Of a stretch of DNA of 64,000 nucleotides, positions 8,908-17,044 are shown in pieces. Every line of letters starts with the position of its first letter. Within the stretch, counting starts at the first letter, position 1. This stretch comes from Phycisphaerae bacterium. Lineage in GTDB: Bacteria; Planctomycetota; Phycisphaerae; JAAYCJ01. Where the stretch lies: NCBI GenBank assembly GCA_012729815.1, contig JAAYCJ010000014.1, forward strand, positions 1,043 to 65,042, in the 5' to 3' direction. The notes under the pieces are model-generated. The model had not been told where the DNA came from and made no database searches. It saw only the letters and a list, made by a program, of their open reading frames with translations. Position numbers and translations under genes: made by a program.

Positions 8908-11232
8908 CTATCGGGCCTGACGGTGTGCTACGCCCGCGAGTTTCTTCTGCAGGCTGTCCAACTGGTCCGCCAGGATACTTCGCTCCTCCGGGGCCAGTTT
9001 TGCTTCGCCGAACCGCATCCGCAGATAGGCCCGCGTCAGGTCCACCATCTCCGGGTGGACGTCGGCCCGGATCAGGCGAAGGTCCTCGGTGAATTCCCAC
9101 GCCGTCCGCGTGACCGGTTTGGTGATCCCTCGCTTGGCCAGCGTCACCAGCGCGCCGCGGTAGAAGTCGATCGGGCAGGTCCAGACGTTGCCGTACTTGC
9201 GCTCCCAGCGTTTGGCCAGGTAACGGCGGAACCGCCGCAACCCCTTGGTCGAGACCAGCACCGAGATCCGCACGATCAGGTAGGCGAACGCGATCAGCAG
9301 CACGACCACGATCCAGTGCAGCACCTGGTGCCAGCGCGACTGGTAGTCCTCGCCCCGCAGCATGTCGATGAACCGCGTGATGACTCGCTTGATCGTCCAG
9401 GTCTGGCCCGCCTCGCCGGTCTCGTCGCCCAGGATCTGCTTGCGCAGGCCCTCGATGAACTCGCGCCGCTCGCTCTCGTCGTAGTTGGCCAGGTGCGAGA
9501 GCCACGTGAACCGCAGCAGGTCCACCGCGTCCCAGAACATCCGCACCAGCTTGCTCTCGACCGGTCGGATCGCCTCGTCCCGCGCCGCCGGCGTCGGGTC
9601 GAAGGTCGTCCAGCCCTTCCCGTCGAGGTACACCTCAGCCCACGCGTGGGCATCGCAATTGCGGATCGTGTAGTAGCCGCCGAACGCGTTGTAGTTGTAG
9701 CCGCCGTTCTTGAACCCGGTCACGATGCGGGCCTCCAGGCCCAGCGACCGGCACAGCAGCACGAACGCCGAGGCGAAGTACTCGCAGTGGCCGTGCTTGC
9801 GCCGCGTCAGGAAGTCGAACACCGGGTCGATCTGCGGCAGGACGTCGCGATTGTCCAGGTCGTACCGGAACTCGCCGCTGGTCCGCAGCCACATCTCCAG
9901 CTTGCGGGCCTGTTCCAGCGGCGAAAGCTCGCGCGCCTCCTTCGCGAGCACCTCCTGGGCCTTCTCCTGATAGCGATCCAGGTCCGCTTCGCCGCCGACC
10001 CGGTGACGCTGATGCGCCCGGAACCGCGCGATCATCGGCAGGGTCTCCCGCCGCACCGTCCGCTCCACGTCGCCGGCGGTGGGGGCCTTCGGCCAGATGT
10101 TCTGCGCCGGCGCCTCGTGCGAGGTCAGCAGCTTGTAGCAGAAGCCCTTCTTGGGATACTGCGAGGCCCGCAGGGTGTTGGTCTGCGGACAGTAGGTCAG
10201 CCGCATCTCCCGGTTTGTGGCGATCGCGGTGGGCGTGTCGATCACAAACAGGTTGGACGAAATCTCATCGTCGTAGTAGATGCGCCAGAAGATCTGCTTG
10301 GCCACCGCCTCCTTCGACAGCATCGCCGCGTCCTGGATCGGCACGGGGGTGTCCAGGCTGCGGGTCTGAACCACCCGCTCCTCGCCTTCCTTTTGCTCCT
10401 CCAGCCACTTCCAGAACTGCCCGTGGCGGGAATACTGCGTCTTGACCGACCCGCGCAGGTACATCAGCGGGGCCACGCCGCTCTTGCTGTCGCTGAGCAC
10501 CTTGACCCGCAGCACCGGGTCGTCATCCTCCATCAGGATGGTCATTTCGCCCAGGGTCAACTGCTCGCCGAAACCCGTCCGTGTGCTCTGGCGAGTCAGC
10601 GTGTTGCCCAGAAGCTGCATCGCCGGCGAGCCGCGCGGGATCAGCACGAAGATGGCCAGCGAGATGCTGCACGTCAGCACCGCCGTCACGAAGTAGCCGC
10701 TGATCCACGTGCGCCGGCGGACCTGCACCGCGATGCCGCGGCCCGCCGCCCCTTCGAACTGGCGGTGCGCCATCGCCTCGACCACCAGGTGGGTCTTGTA
10801 CAGCCAGTAGCCGGCCAGGGCCACGTAGGCCACCAGCACCACCGCGAATTCGGTGGTCGGAGTGACCGCGCCGGCGGCCAGCATCGCCATGACCGAGAGG
10901 ATCATCAGCTCCGAGAAATCGCTGACCTTGCCGATGCTGAAGCTCTTGATCAGGATCGCCGCGGTCAGAAAGTAGGCCAGGGCCTTGCCCGGTTCGAGTC
11001 GCAGCAGCAGGATGGACATCGCCAGCATGCCGATGCCGACCAGCACGATGAAGATCGAGACGAATCGCGGAACCCGGACGGGCCGGCCGATCCGCCGGTA
11101 CGCCACCAGCAGCACGATGCACGAGAAGACCATGATCCCGGTCGAGTGGTCCAGGTAGACCCGCGCCATCTCCCAGGTCGCCAGCGCGACGCTCAGGAAA
11201 CCCAGCGGCAGCAGTTCACGGGGTCTGACCAT
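8908..11232 (-). CDS. Transglutaminase-like membrane protein (TgpA-like: TM region, transglutaminase core, C-terminal TM/DUF4129-like)
   Basis: The Cys-His-Asp core is present (HGHCEYFASAFVLLCRSLGLEARIVTGF ... DAHAWAEVYLDGKGWTTFDPT). I re-called the start to the ATG of MVRPRELL, which sits 2 nt after the DUF58 TAA stop. The ORF track extends 267 codons further upstream with no stop, and that extension is spurious. Confidence 0.8.
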   Translation of the reverse strand: MVRPRELLPLGFLSVALATWEMARVYLDHSTGIMVFSCIVLLVAYRRIGRPVRVPRFVSIFIVLVGIGMLAMSILLLRLEPGKALAYFLTAAILIKSFSIGKVSDFSELMILSVMAMLAAGAVTPTTEFAVVLVAYVALAGYWLYKTHLVVEAMAHRQFEGAAGRGIAVQVRRRTWISGYFVTAVLTCSISLAIFVLIPRGSPAMQLLGNTLTRQSTRTGFGEQLTLGEMTILMEDDDPVLRVKVLSDSKSGVAPLMYLRGSVKTQYSRHGQFWKWLEEQKEGEERVVQTRSLDTPVPIQDAAMLSKEAVAKQIFWRIYYDDEISSNLFVIDTPTAIATNREMRLTYCPQTNTLRASQYPKKGFCYKLLTSHEAPAQNIWPKAPTAGDVERTVRRETLPMIARFRAHQRHRVGGEADLDRYQEKAQEVLAKEARELSPLEQARKLEMWLRTSGEFRYDLDNRDVLPQIDPVFDFLTRRKHGHCEYFASAFVLLCRSLGLEARIVTGFKNGGYNYNAFGGYYTIRNCDAHAWAEVYLDGKGWTTFDPTPAARDEAIRPVESKLVRMFWDAVDLLRFTWLSHLANYDESERREFIEGLRKQILGDETGEAGQTWTIKRVITRFIDMLRGEDYQSRWHQVLHWIVVVLLIAFAYLIVRISVLVSTKGLRRFRRYLAKRWERKYGNVWTCPIDFYRGALVTLAKRGITKPVTRTAWEFTEDLRLIRADVHPEMVDLTRAYLRMRFGEAKLAPEERSILADQLDSLQKKLAGVAHRQAR

Positions 11233-11234
11233 GG

Positions 11235-12521
11235 TTAGACCATCTCCTCCGGGCACGGCTGCGACGACGGGATGAAGATCCGCCGCCAGTCCGAACCGCC
11301 CACCAGCAGCATCTGTGTCGGGCCGATCGCCCCGGAGAGCCGCTCCAGCATGCTCGCGCTGCTCTCGCTGACGCTGACCAGCAGGCAGCGGCCTCGCCAC
11401 CGGGCCGTCCACCGCCACGTCTGCATCATGTCCGACAGCGACGCCACCGACTGCGGCTCGACCATGCTCAGCGTCCGCAATATCCGGTGCTGGGCCTCGC
11501 GGCCGGCCAGCGGCGGGATCAGCACCGGCGGATCGCTCGCGCAGACCAGCGCCACCCGATAGCCCAGCTCCAGCGACTCGCACAGGAAGGTCGCCGAGAA
11601 ACTGACCGCCTCCTCGAACCGGCGCCGGTTCCTGGCCGTCAGGTCCGGCACGTGCGTGTCCAGGATCACGGTCAGGCGGTGGGGGGCGAACTGGGCCATT
11701 TCGCGGACCAGCAGTTGGCCCATCTTGGCCGAGCGCTTCCAGTGGATCAGCTTGGGATTGTCGCCCCGGCGATACTCCCGCAATGCATAGAACTCGTCGC
11801 TGTTGCCGTGGAACTGCGACTGGGTCACGCCCAGGTGCACGTCGATCCGGCGCTGTCCCGGCAGGAAGCGGTGGTCCAGCTTGCCCAAGGCCGGATAGAT
11901 GGTCACCTTCTGGCTGTTGATGACGGTCAGGAACCGCGTCAGCAGGCCGAACGGGTAGCGGCTGGCCACCCGCGTGCCGCGAAGCTCCATCTGGCCCCGC
12001 AGGGTCGGCGTGATGAAAATCTGGAAACTGCACGTCTGGCCCGGCCCGATGTACGGGACGTAGACCCGCGGCGCCCCGGTCGACTGGCCGCGGCCCACAA
12101 TTTCCACCAGGCGAAGGGAATAGACGCCGAAGTATCGGCGGGTGTTGCGGATTTCATATTTGACCGGCATCGGCTGGGAGACCACGCCGTTGTCCGGCAG
12201 GATCCGGGTGATCTCGATCGGATGGACCATGCGGCTGGGGATCAGGACCGACATCATCAGGATGGCCGCCGCCAGCGAGGCCGACCAGAACAGGAGATTG
12301 AGCTGCGAGACGAACGCGATCGCGGCCAGCACGGCGATCGCGACCAGGAGCATCAGGACGGACCAGCCGACGTAGACCCCGTACTGGGGATGCCAGGTGG
12401 TTGGAGTCTGCCGAAGCACCTTGACCGGGTTCTTTACCGTCAGCTTCGGCTTTTCTTCCGATGGCTTCAGGAGGACAGGATCGGGTTCGGCCCGGCGTTT
12501 TTTAAACCGCAGTTGCACCAA
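11235..12521 (-). CDS. DUF58 domain protein (partner of the MoxR ATPase)
   Basis: The DUF58 signature EFYALREYRRGDNPKLIHWKRSAK is present. It has a TTG/GTG start with a GGAGATGG RBS, 15 nt after the MoxR stop. Confidence 0.8.
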   Translation of the reverse strand: MVQLRFKKRRAEPDPVLLKPSEEKPKLTVKNPVKVLRQTPTTWHPQYGVYVGWSVLMLLVAIAVLAAIAFVSQLNLLFWSASLAAAILMMSVLIPSRMVHPIEITRILPDNGVVSQPMPVKYEIRNTRRYFGVYSLRLVEIVGRGQSTGAPRVYVPYIGPGQTCSFQIFITPTLRGQMELRGTRVASRYPFGLLTRFLTVINSQKVTIYPALGKLDHRFLPGQRRIDVHLGVTQSQFHGNSDEFYALREYRRGDNPKLIHWKRSAKMGQLLVREMAQFAPHRLTVILDTHVPDLTARNRRRFEEAVSFSATFLCESLELGYRVALVCASDPPVLIPPLAGREAQHRILRTLSMVEPQSVASLSDMMQTWRWTARWRGRCLLVSVSESSASMLERLSGAIGPTQMLLVGGSDWRRIFIPSSQPCPEEMV

Positions 12522-12538
12522 AGGAAATCCATCTCCGC

Positions 12539-13486
12539 TTATACGGGCACCACGATCTCCTCAATGATCTGCGAGATGATATGGGAGGTGGAACTCGATT
12601 GGCTGTCGTCCAGATAACTCTTGCTTAGGACGCGGTGGGCGCAGACCGGAACGGCCAGCGACTTGATGTCGTCCGGCAGCACGTAGTCCCGCTCCTCCAG
12701 CAGCGCCATCGCCTGGGCCGTTCGCACCAGGGCCTGCGAGCCGCGCGGCGAGACGCCCAGATCCAGGTGCCGGTGCTGGCGGGTTGCCTCGACGAACCGC
12801 AGCACGTAGTCCATCACCGAACCATCCACCTTCACGTCATCGACCGCTTCCTGGATGCGGCAAACCTCTTCGCCGTCCATTACCGCTGAGATCTTCTCGA
12901 TCGACTTGCGGGCCGGCTGCTCCTGGATGATCCGGGCCTCCTGCTCCGCTGAGGGATACCCGATCGAAATCCGGAGGGTGAACCGGTCCAACTGGTTTTC
13001 CGGCAGGAAGTAGGTCCCCTCGAACTCGAAGGGGTTCTGCGTCGCAATGACCATGAACGGGCGGCCCAGGGTCATGCTCTGGCCGTCCATCGTCACCTGG
13101 CCCTCGTTCATGGCCTCCAGCAGGGCCGACTGGGTCCGCGGGGTCGTCCGGTTGATCTCGTCGGCCAGGACGATGTTGGCGAACACCGGACCCCGGTTGA
13201 ACTCGAACTCGCGCGTCCGGTCGTTGAAGATCGAAACGCCCAGCAGGTCGCTGGGCAGCAGGTCGGGCGTGAGCTGAATCCGCGAAAAACTGCAGCTTAC
13301 GCTCTTGGCCAGCGCCCGGGCCAGAATGGTCTTGCCCACGCCCGGCACGTCCTCGATCAGCACGTGTCCGCCGCTGATCAGGCCCACGATCAACTGGTCG
13401 ACGACCAACGGCCGGCCCAGGAACACCTGCGAAACGTTATCCCGCAGCGACTGGAGAGATGCACCTATTCCACGATTGGTATGCAT
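12539..13486 (-). CDS. MoxR family AAA+ ATPase
   Basis: Walker A GHVLIEDVPGVGKT, Walker B VLADEINR, and the MoxR-specific segment TPRTQSALLEAMNEGQVT are all present. Confidence 0.9.
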   Translation of the reverse strand: MHTNRGIGASLQSLRDNVSQVFLGRPLVVDQLIVGLISGGHVLIEDVPGVGKTILARALAKSVSCSFSRIQLTPDLLPSDLLGVSIFNDRTREFEFNRGPVFANIVLADEINRTTPRTQSALLEAMNEGQVTMDGQSMTLGRPFMVIATQNPFEFEGTYFLPENQLDRFTLRISIGYPSAEQEARIIQEQPARKSIEKISAVMDGEEVCRIQEAVDDVKVDGSVMDYVLRFVEATRQHRHLDLGVSPRGSQALVRTAQAMALLEERDYVLPDDIKSLAVPVCAHRVLSKSYLDDSQSSSTSHIISQIIEEIVVPV

Positions 13487-13640
13487 AGCCCACCATTATA
13501 CCATTAATAAAACTTCGCCTGGGTATAAAACTGCCGCACGTTCTGGAATGTATACCCGCTTGGAACGGGTTCGTCAATCCGGTTGCTTTTTTCCCTGAAG
13601 AATCTACAATTTCACCTTTTGCCGCCATACGGCTGGAGCC

Positions 13641-14426
13641 ATGACTGTTATCCAACTAACTAACATTACGTTCATCCGGTCCGATCGGATCATTCTGGAT
13701 CGGATTTCCTGGACCATTGGCCGCGGACAGCACTGGGCCCTGCTGGGCGCCAACGGTTCCGGGAAAACTTCGCTCCTGAAAATCATTGCCGGTTACGAGT
13801 GGCCCAGCGACGGGTCGGTCCACGTCCTGGGCCGGCACTTCGGCGACTGCTATCTGCCCGAGCTCCGCAAGACCATCGGGTGGGTCAGCGCCGCGGTCGA
13901 GCACCGCCTGCCGGAAGATGACACCGCCCTCGAGATCGCCGCCTCCGGGTTCGACGCCTCGCTGGGGCTTTACCGGCCGCTCCGTCGCGACGAGACCGAG
14001 CAGACCCGGTCCGCCCTCGCCGCCCTTGGGATCGAGGGGCTGGCCGATCAGCCGTACCAGGTCCTCTCGCAGGGCGAGAAGCAGCGGGTTCTGATCGCCC
14101 GGGCGCTGGTCAACCGTCCGGCTTTGCTGATTCTCGACGAGCCCTGCGCCGGCCTGGATCCGGTATCGCGGGAGCGGTTCCTCGACGATCTGGGCCGGCT
14201 GGCCGAGACGCCGGAGAGTCCGACCATCCTTCTGGTCACCCATCACGTCGAGGAGATCCGCCCGTGGATCGACAACCTCTTGGTGCTCAAGGAGGGTCGG
14301 GTGCTGGCCGCCGGTTCCACGGCGGCGACGCTGACCGCCGCGAATATGGGCGATGCCTTCGGGCATCCTTGCCGGATCGGCAACACGCGCGGCCGATACC
14401 GCCTCGACCTGAACCCGCGGGATTAG
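13641..14426 (+). CDS. ABC transporter ATP-binding protein (single NBD, no adjacent permease)
   Basis: Walker A GANGSGKTSLLK, ABC signature LSQGEKQRV, Walker B LILDEP. It is transcribed divergently from the MoxR operon. Confidence 0.8.
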   Translation: MTVIQLTNITFIRSDRIILDRISWTIGRGQHWALLGANGSGKTSLLKIIAGYEWPSDGSVHVLGRHFGDCYLPELRKTIGWVSAAVEHRLPEDDTALEIAASGFDASLGLYRPLRRDETEQTRSALAALGIEGLADQPYQVLSQGEKQRVLIARALVNRPALLILDEPCAGLDPVSRERFLDDLGRLAETPESPTILLVTHHVEEIRPWIDNLLVLKEGRVLAAGSTAATLTAANMGDAFGHPCRIGNTRGRYRLDLNPRD

Positions 14427-14572
14427 CGTGCTTCCGCCGAACCTGCGTTTTTGGTTGCAGCCGCCTGTGAACTGCTTTATAATCCGTCTTACTTCTGTGC
14501 CTCGTGGGGGTCTGCCAAATGAGGTCGTGGGGCGGGCGATGTCCCGTCGCTGTGCTTGCTGAGGAGAGAGCC

Positions 14573-16849
14573 ATGAAACCGTCAATAATGCTGCCGGCTG
14601 CGTTTCTGTCCGTTTTCTGCTGGGCCAATGCCGCCACCGTCAATGTCTGGCTCGAAATCGACGCTTCGGCCAACGAGTACCGCGTGCTGGCCGAGTGCGT
14701 CGACGACGTCGCTGGGACCTGCGCCGGACTGGCCCTCTACAACGTCACGCTGAGCAACGTGGCGGAGTTGTACAACGACGGTCCGATGGCCTATGACGAG
14801 GCGGGCGAGACCACCACGCCGCTGGCCGGTTTCGTTTTGTTCCGCAGCGACAGCGGGGCCGGCGTCACCACGTTGGGCGCCGCCCAGAATACGTTTGATC
14901 CCAACGGAGCCCAGATCGTGTACGACATCGGCGACCAGGCGGTCGATCTGACCGCGCTCGTTTCAGCCGATGTCTACGTGCCCGCCGACGGTCAGGTCGC
15001 CGTGCCCGTTCAACTGGGCCACGGCACGTTCACCGGCGATCCGCCGAGCATCACCAACGCGACCTTCAATGTCTTTGATCCCGCCCGCGACGGCACCACT
15101 CAGCCGCCCGATACCGTCGCGATTCTCGATCCGGACATCGTCGGCGTCGAATACACCCTGACCGTCAGCGTCCAGGGCCAAGGCACGACCACGCCCGCCG
15201 CGGGCGATCATACGTATGACGAAGGCGTCCAAGTGGCGATCTTGGCCGCCGCCGCCGACGGTTGGCACTTCGTTCGCTGGCAGGGCGACGTGTCGGCCAC
15301 CAGCGCCGCCGCCTCGGTGACCATGAACGCCGACAAGGCCGTCACCGCCGTTTTTGAAGAGGATGCCGCCCAGTATGCCCTGACAGTGCAGGTCCAGGGC
15401 CAGGGGACGACCACGCCGGCCGCCGGCCAGCACACGTATGACGATGGGACGGTCGTTCCTCTCTCAGCCGCCGCCGCCGACGGCTGGCATTTCGTCCGTT
15501 GGCAGGGCGACGTCGCCGGAACCAGTCCCTCCTCCTCCATCACGATCAGCAGCAACAAATCGGTGACCGCCGTCTTCGAGCAGGACGCCGCCCAGTACAC
15601 GCTGACCGTCAACGTCCAAGGTCAGGGCGCGACCACGCCCGCCGCCGGTCAGCACACCTATGATGAAGGGGCCGCCGTCCCGCTGACCGCCACGCCCGCC
15701 GGCGGCTGGCACTTCGTCCGGTGGGAAGGCGACGCCTCCGGCGCCCAGGAGTCCACCCAGGTTACCATGGACAGCGCGATGACCGTCACCGCCGTCTTCG
15801 AGCGAGACACCGCCCAATACGCGCTGACCGTCAACGTCCAGGGCCAGGGCACAACGACGCCCGCCGCCGGTCAGCACACCTACGATCAGGGCGCCCAGGT
15901 AAACCTCGGCGCCACGCCCGCACAAGGTTGGCACTTTGTCCGGTGGGAGGGCGACGTGTCCGGCGTCAATCCGAACGTTGGGGTCACCATGGACTCCAGC
16001 AAGTCCGTCACCGCGGTCTTTGAGCAGGACGCGGCCCAGTACACGCTAACCGTCAACGTCCAGGGCGACGGGACCACCGATCCCAATGCCGGTCAGCACA
16101 GCTACGATGCAAACGCCGCGGTCGAGGTTGCCGCTACCGCCGCCGACGGCTGGCATTTCGTCCGCTGGCAGGGCGATGCGACCGGAACCGCGCCAACCCT
16201 GACCGTCACCATGGACCGCGGCAAGAGCGTCACCGCCGTCTTTGAGCAGGACGCCGCCGAATACGTCCTGACCGTCAACGTCCAGGGCAGCGGCTCGACC
16301 AATCCGGTTCCCGGCCAGCACAGCTACGCGGACGGAACCGAGGTAATCGTCGCGGCCACACCCGTCGAGGGCTGGCACTTTGTCCGGTGGGAGGGCGATT
16401 TGACGGGCGCCACCGCCACGGCATCGCTGACGATGGACGCCAGCCAGTCGATCACCGCGGTCTTCGAGCAGGACGCGGCCCAGTACACGCTGACCGTCAA
16501 CGTCCAGGGCCAGGGCACGACGGCGCCCGCTGCCGGCCAGCATGCCTACGACAGCGGAACCGAGGTCGCCCTCTCGGCTGCCCCGGCCGAAGACTGGGAG
16601 TTCATCCGCTGGGAGGGTGACATCTCCGCGACCGACCCGAACACCACCGTGACCATGAACGCGGGCAAGTCGGTCACCGCCGTTTTCCAAGCCGAGGCGG
16701 TTGATCCCAATGATCCCAACCAGCCGTCCGACCCCAACGAAACCAACGGCGACGTTCCTCCCATCGGCGGATGCCTCATGACCGCCATGGTCGTCGGACT
16801 GGCTGTGGCCTTCGGATTCGCCATGCTCGGACTATATCGGGAGTCGTAG
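14573..16849 (+). CDS. Secreted repeat protein with 7 tandem InlB-B-type (Listeria-Bacteroides repeat, TIGR02543-like) domains and a C-terminal TM anchor
   Basis: Start re-called to MKPSIMLPAAFLSVFCWANA (signal peptide), which has a GGAGAG RBS; the listed ORF start at 14504 is upstream. It contains seven ~74-aa repeats of the form YTLTVNVQGQGTTTPAAGQHTYD...GWHFVRWEGD...SVTAVFEQDAAQ. The C-terminus (VPPIGG, hydrophobic helix, YRES) may be a degenerate PEP-CTERM-like anchor. Confidence 0.75.
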   Translation: MKPSIMLPAAFLSVFCWANAATVNVWLEIDASANEYRVLAECVDDVAGTCAGLALYNVTLSNVAELYNDGPMAYDEAGETTTPLAGFVLFRSDSGAGVTTLGAAQNTFDPNGAQIVYDIGDQAVDLTALVSADVYVPADGQVAVPVQLGHGTFTGDPPSITNATFNVFDPARDGTTQPPDTVAILDPDIVGVEYTLTVSVQGQGTTTPAAGDHTYDEGVQVAILAAAADGWHFVRWQGDVSATSAAASVTMNADKAVTAVFEEDAAQYALTVQVQGQGTTTPAAGQHTYDDGTVVPLSAAAADGWHFVRWQGDVAGTSPSSSITISSNKSVTAVFEQDAAQYTLTVNVQGQGATTPAAGQHTYDEGAAVPLTATPAGGWHFVRWEGDASGAQESTQVTMDSAMTVTAVFERDTAQYALTVNVQGQGTTTPAAGQHTYDQGAQVNLGATPAQGWHFVRWEGDVSGVNPNVGVTMDSSKSVTAVFEQDAAQYTLTVNVQGDGTTDPNAGQHSYDANAAVEVAATAADGWHFVRWQGDATGTAPTLTVTMDRGKSVTAVFEQDAAEYVLTVNVQGSGSTNPVPGQHSYADGTEVIVAATPVEGWHFVRWEGDLTGATATASLTMDASQSITAVFEQDAAQYTLTVNVQGQGTTAPAAGQHAYDSGTEVALSAAPAEDWEFIRWEGDISATDPNTTVTMNAGKSVTAVFQAEAVDPNDPNQPSDPNETNGDVPPIGGCLMTAMVVGLAVAFGFAMLGLYRES
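15152..16695 (+). repeat. Intragenic tandem DNA repeat, 7 copies of ~222 bp at high identity
   Basis: Near-identical nucleotide blocks recur in frame (for example gccgtcttcgagcaggacgccgcccagtacacgctgaccgtcaacgtccagggccagggc). These encode the InlB-B repeats; it is not a CRISPR array. Confidence 0.8.
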
Positions 16850-16874
16850 TCCTTCCAATGGACCAGTAACTTCT

Positions 16875-16910
16875 GACCCGGTCGCCAGTTCGCGGCCGGG
16901 TCTTTCTATG
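16875..16910 (+). terminator. Putative intrinsic terminator downstream of the repeat-protein gene
   Basis: A GC-rich hairpin GACCCGG...CCGGGTC is followed by TTTCT. Confidence 0.35.
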
Positions 16911-16971
16911 GCGGCGGCCAATACTGAATATTATAATCAAGCATTATGATTGATAGGTGGTGGCCTGATCA

Positions 16972-17000
16972 TTGATCTGGGCTCGGCAATCGCATATACT
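16972..17000 (+). promoter_or_regulatory. Putative sigma70-like promoter (TTGATC, 17-nt spacer, TATACT) for the 17045 gene
   Basis: The hexamers sit in the AT-richer intergenic region about 45 nt upstream of the ATG, which has a GGAGAA RBS. Confidence 0.35.
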
Positions 17001-17044
17001 GCAATGACCGACAAGCCCTTTGGAGACCAAGGAGAAACCCGAGT

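Noticed and set aside
12142-12375. Small ORFs inside the DUF58/MoxR region, and many 60-150 aa ORFs throughout
   Set aside because: All are embedded in or antisense to larger supported genes, with no RBS or family signal.
13487-13640. Possible sigma54 (TGGCAC-N5-TTGC) promoter in the MoxR/ABC divergent region
   Set aside because: TGGAAC and TTGC are present, but the spacing does not fit the -24/-12 geometry.
14504-14572. Upstream extension of the repeat-protein ORF, and similar upstream starts at 48160, 52198, 56861, 62495, 30838, 20494 and 21413
   Set aside because: Downstream in-frame ATG/GTG codons coincide with signal peptides, RBS motifs or upstream-gene stops. The extensions are Arg/Pro-rich GC read-through.
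15152-16695. Regular 222-bp tandem repeats taken as a CRISPR-like or satellite array
   Set aside because: The units are in-frame coding repeats of a protein domain, with no spacer/repeat alternation and no cas genes.
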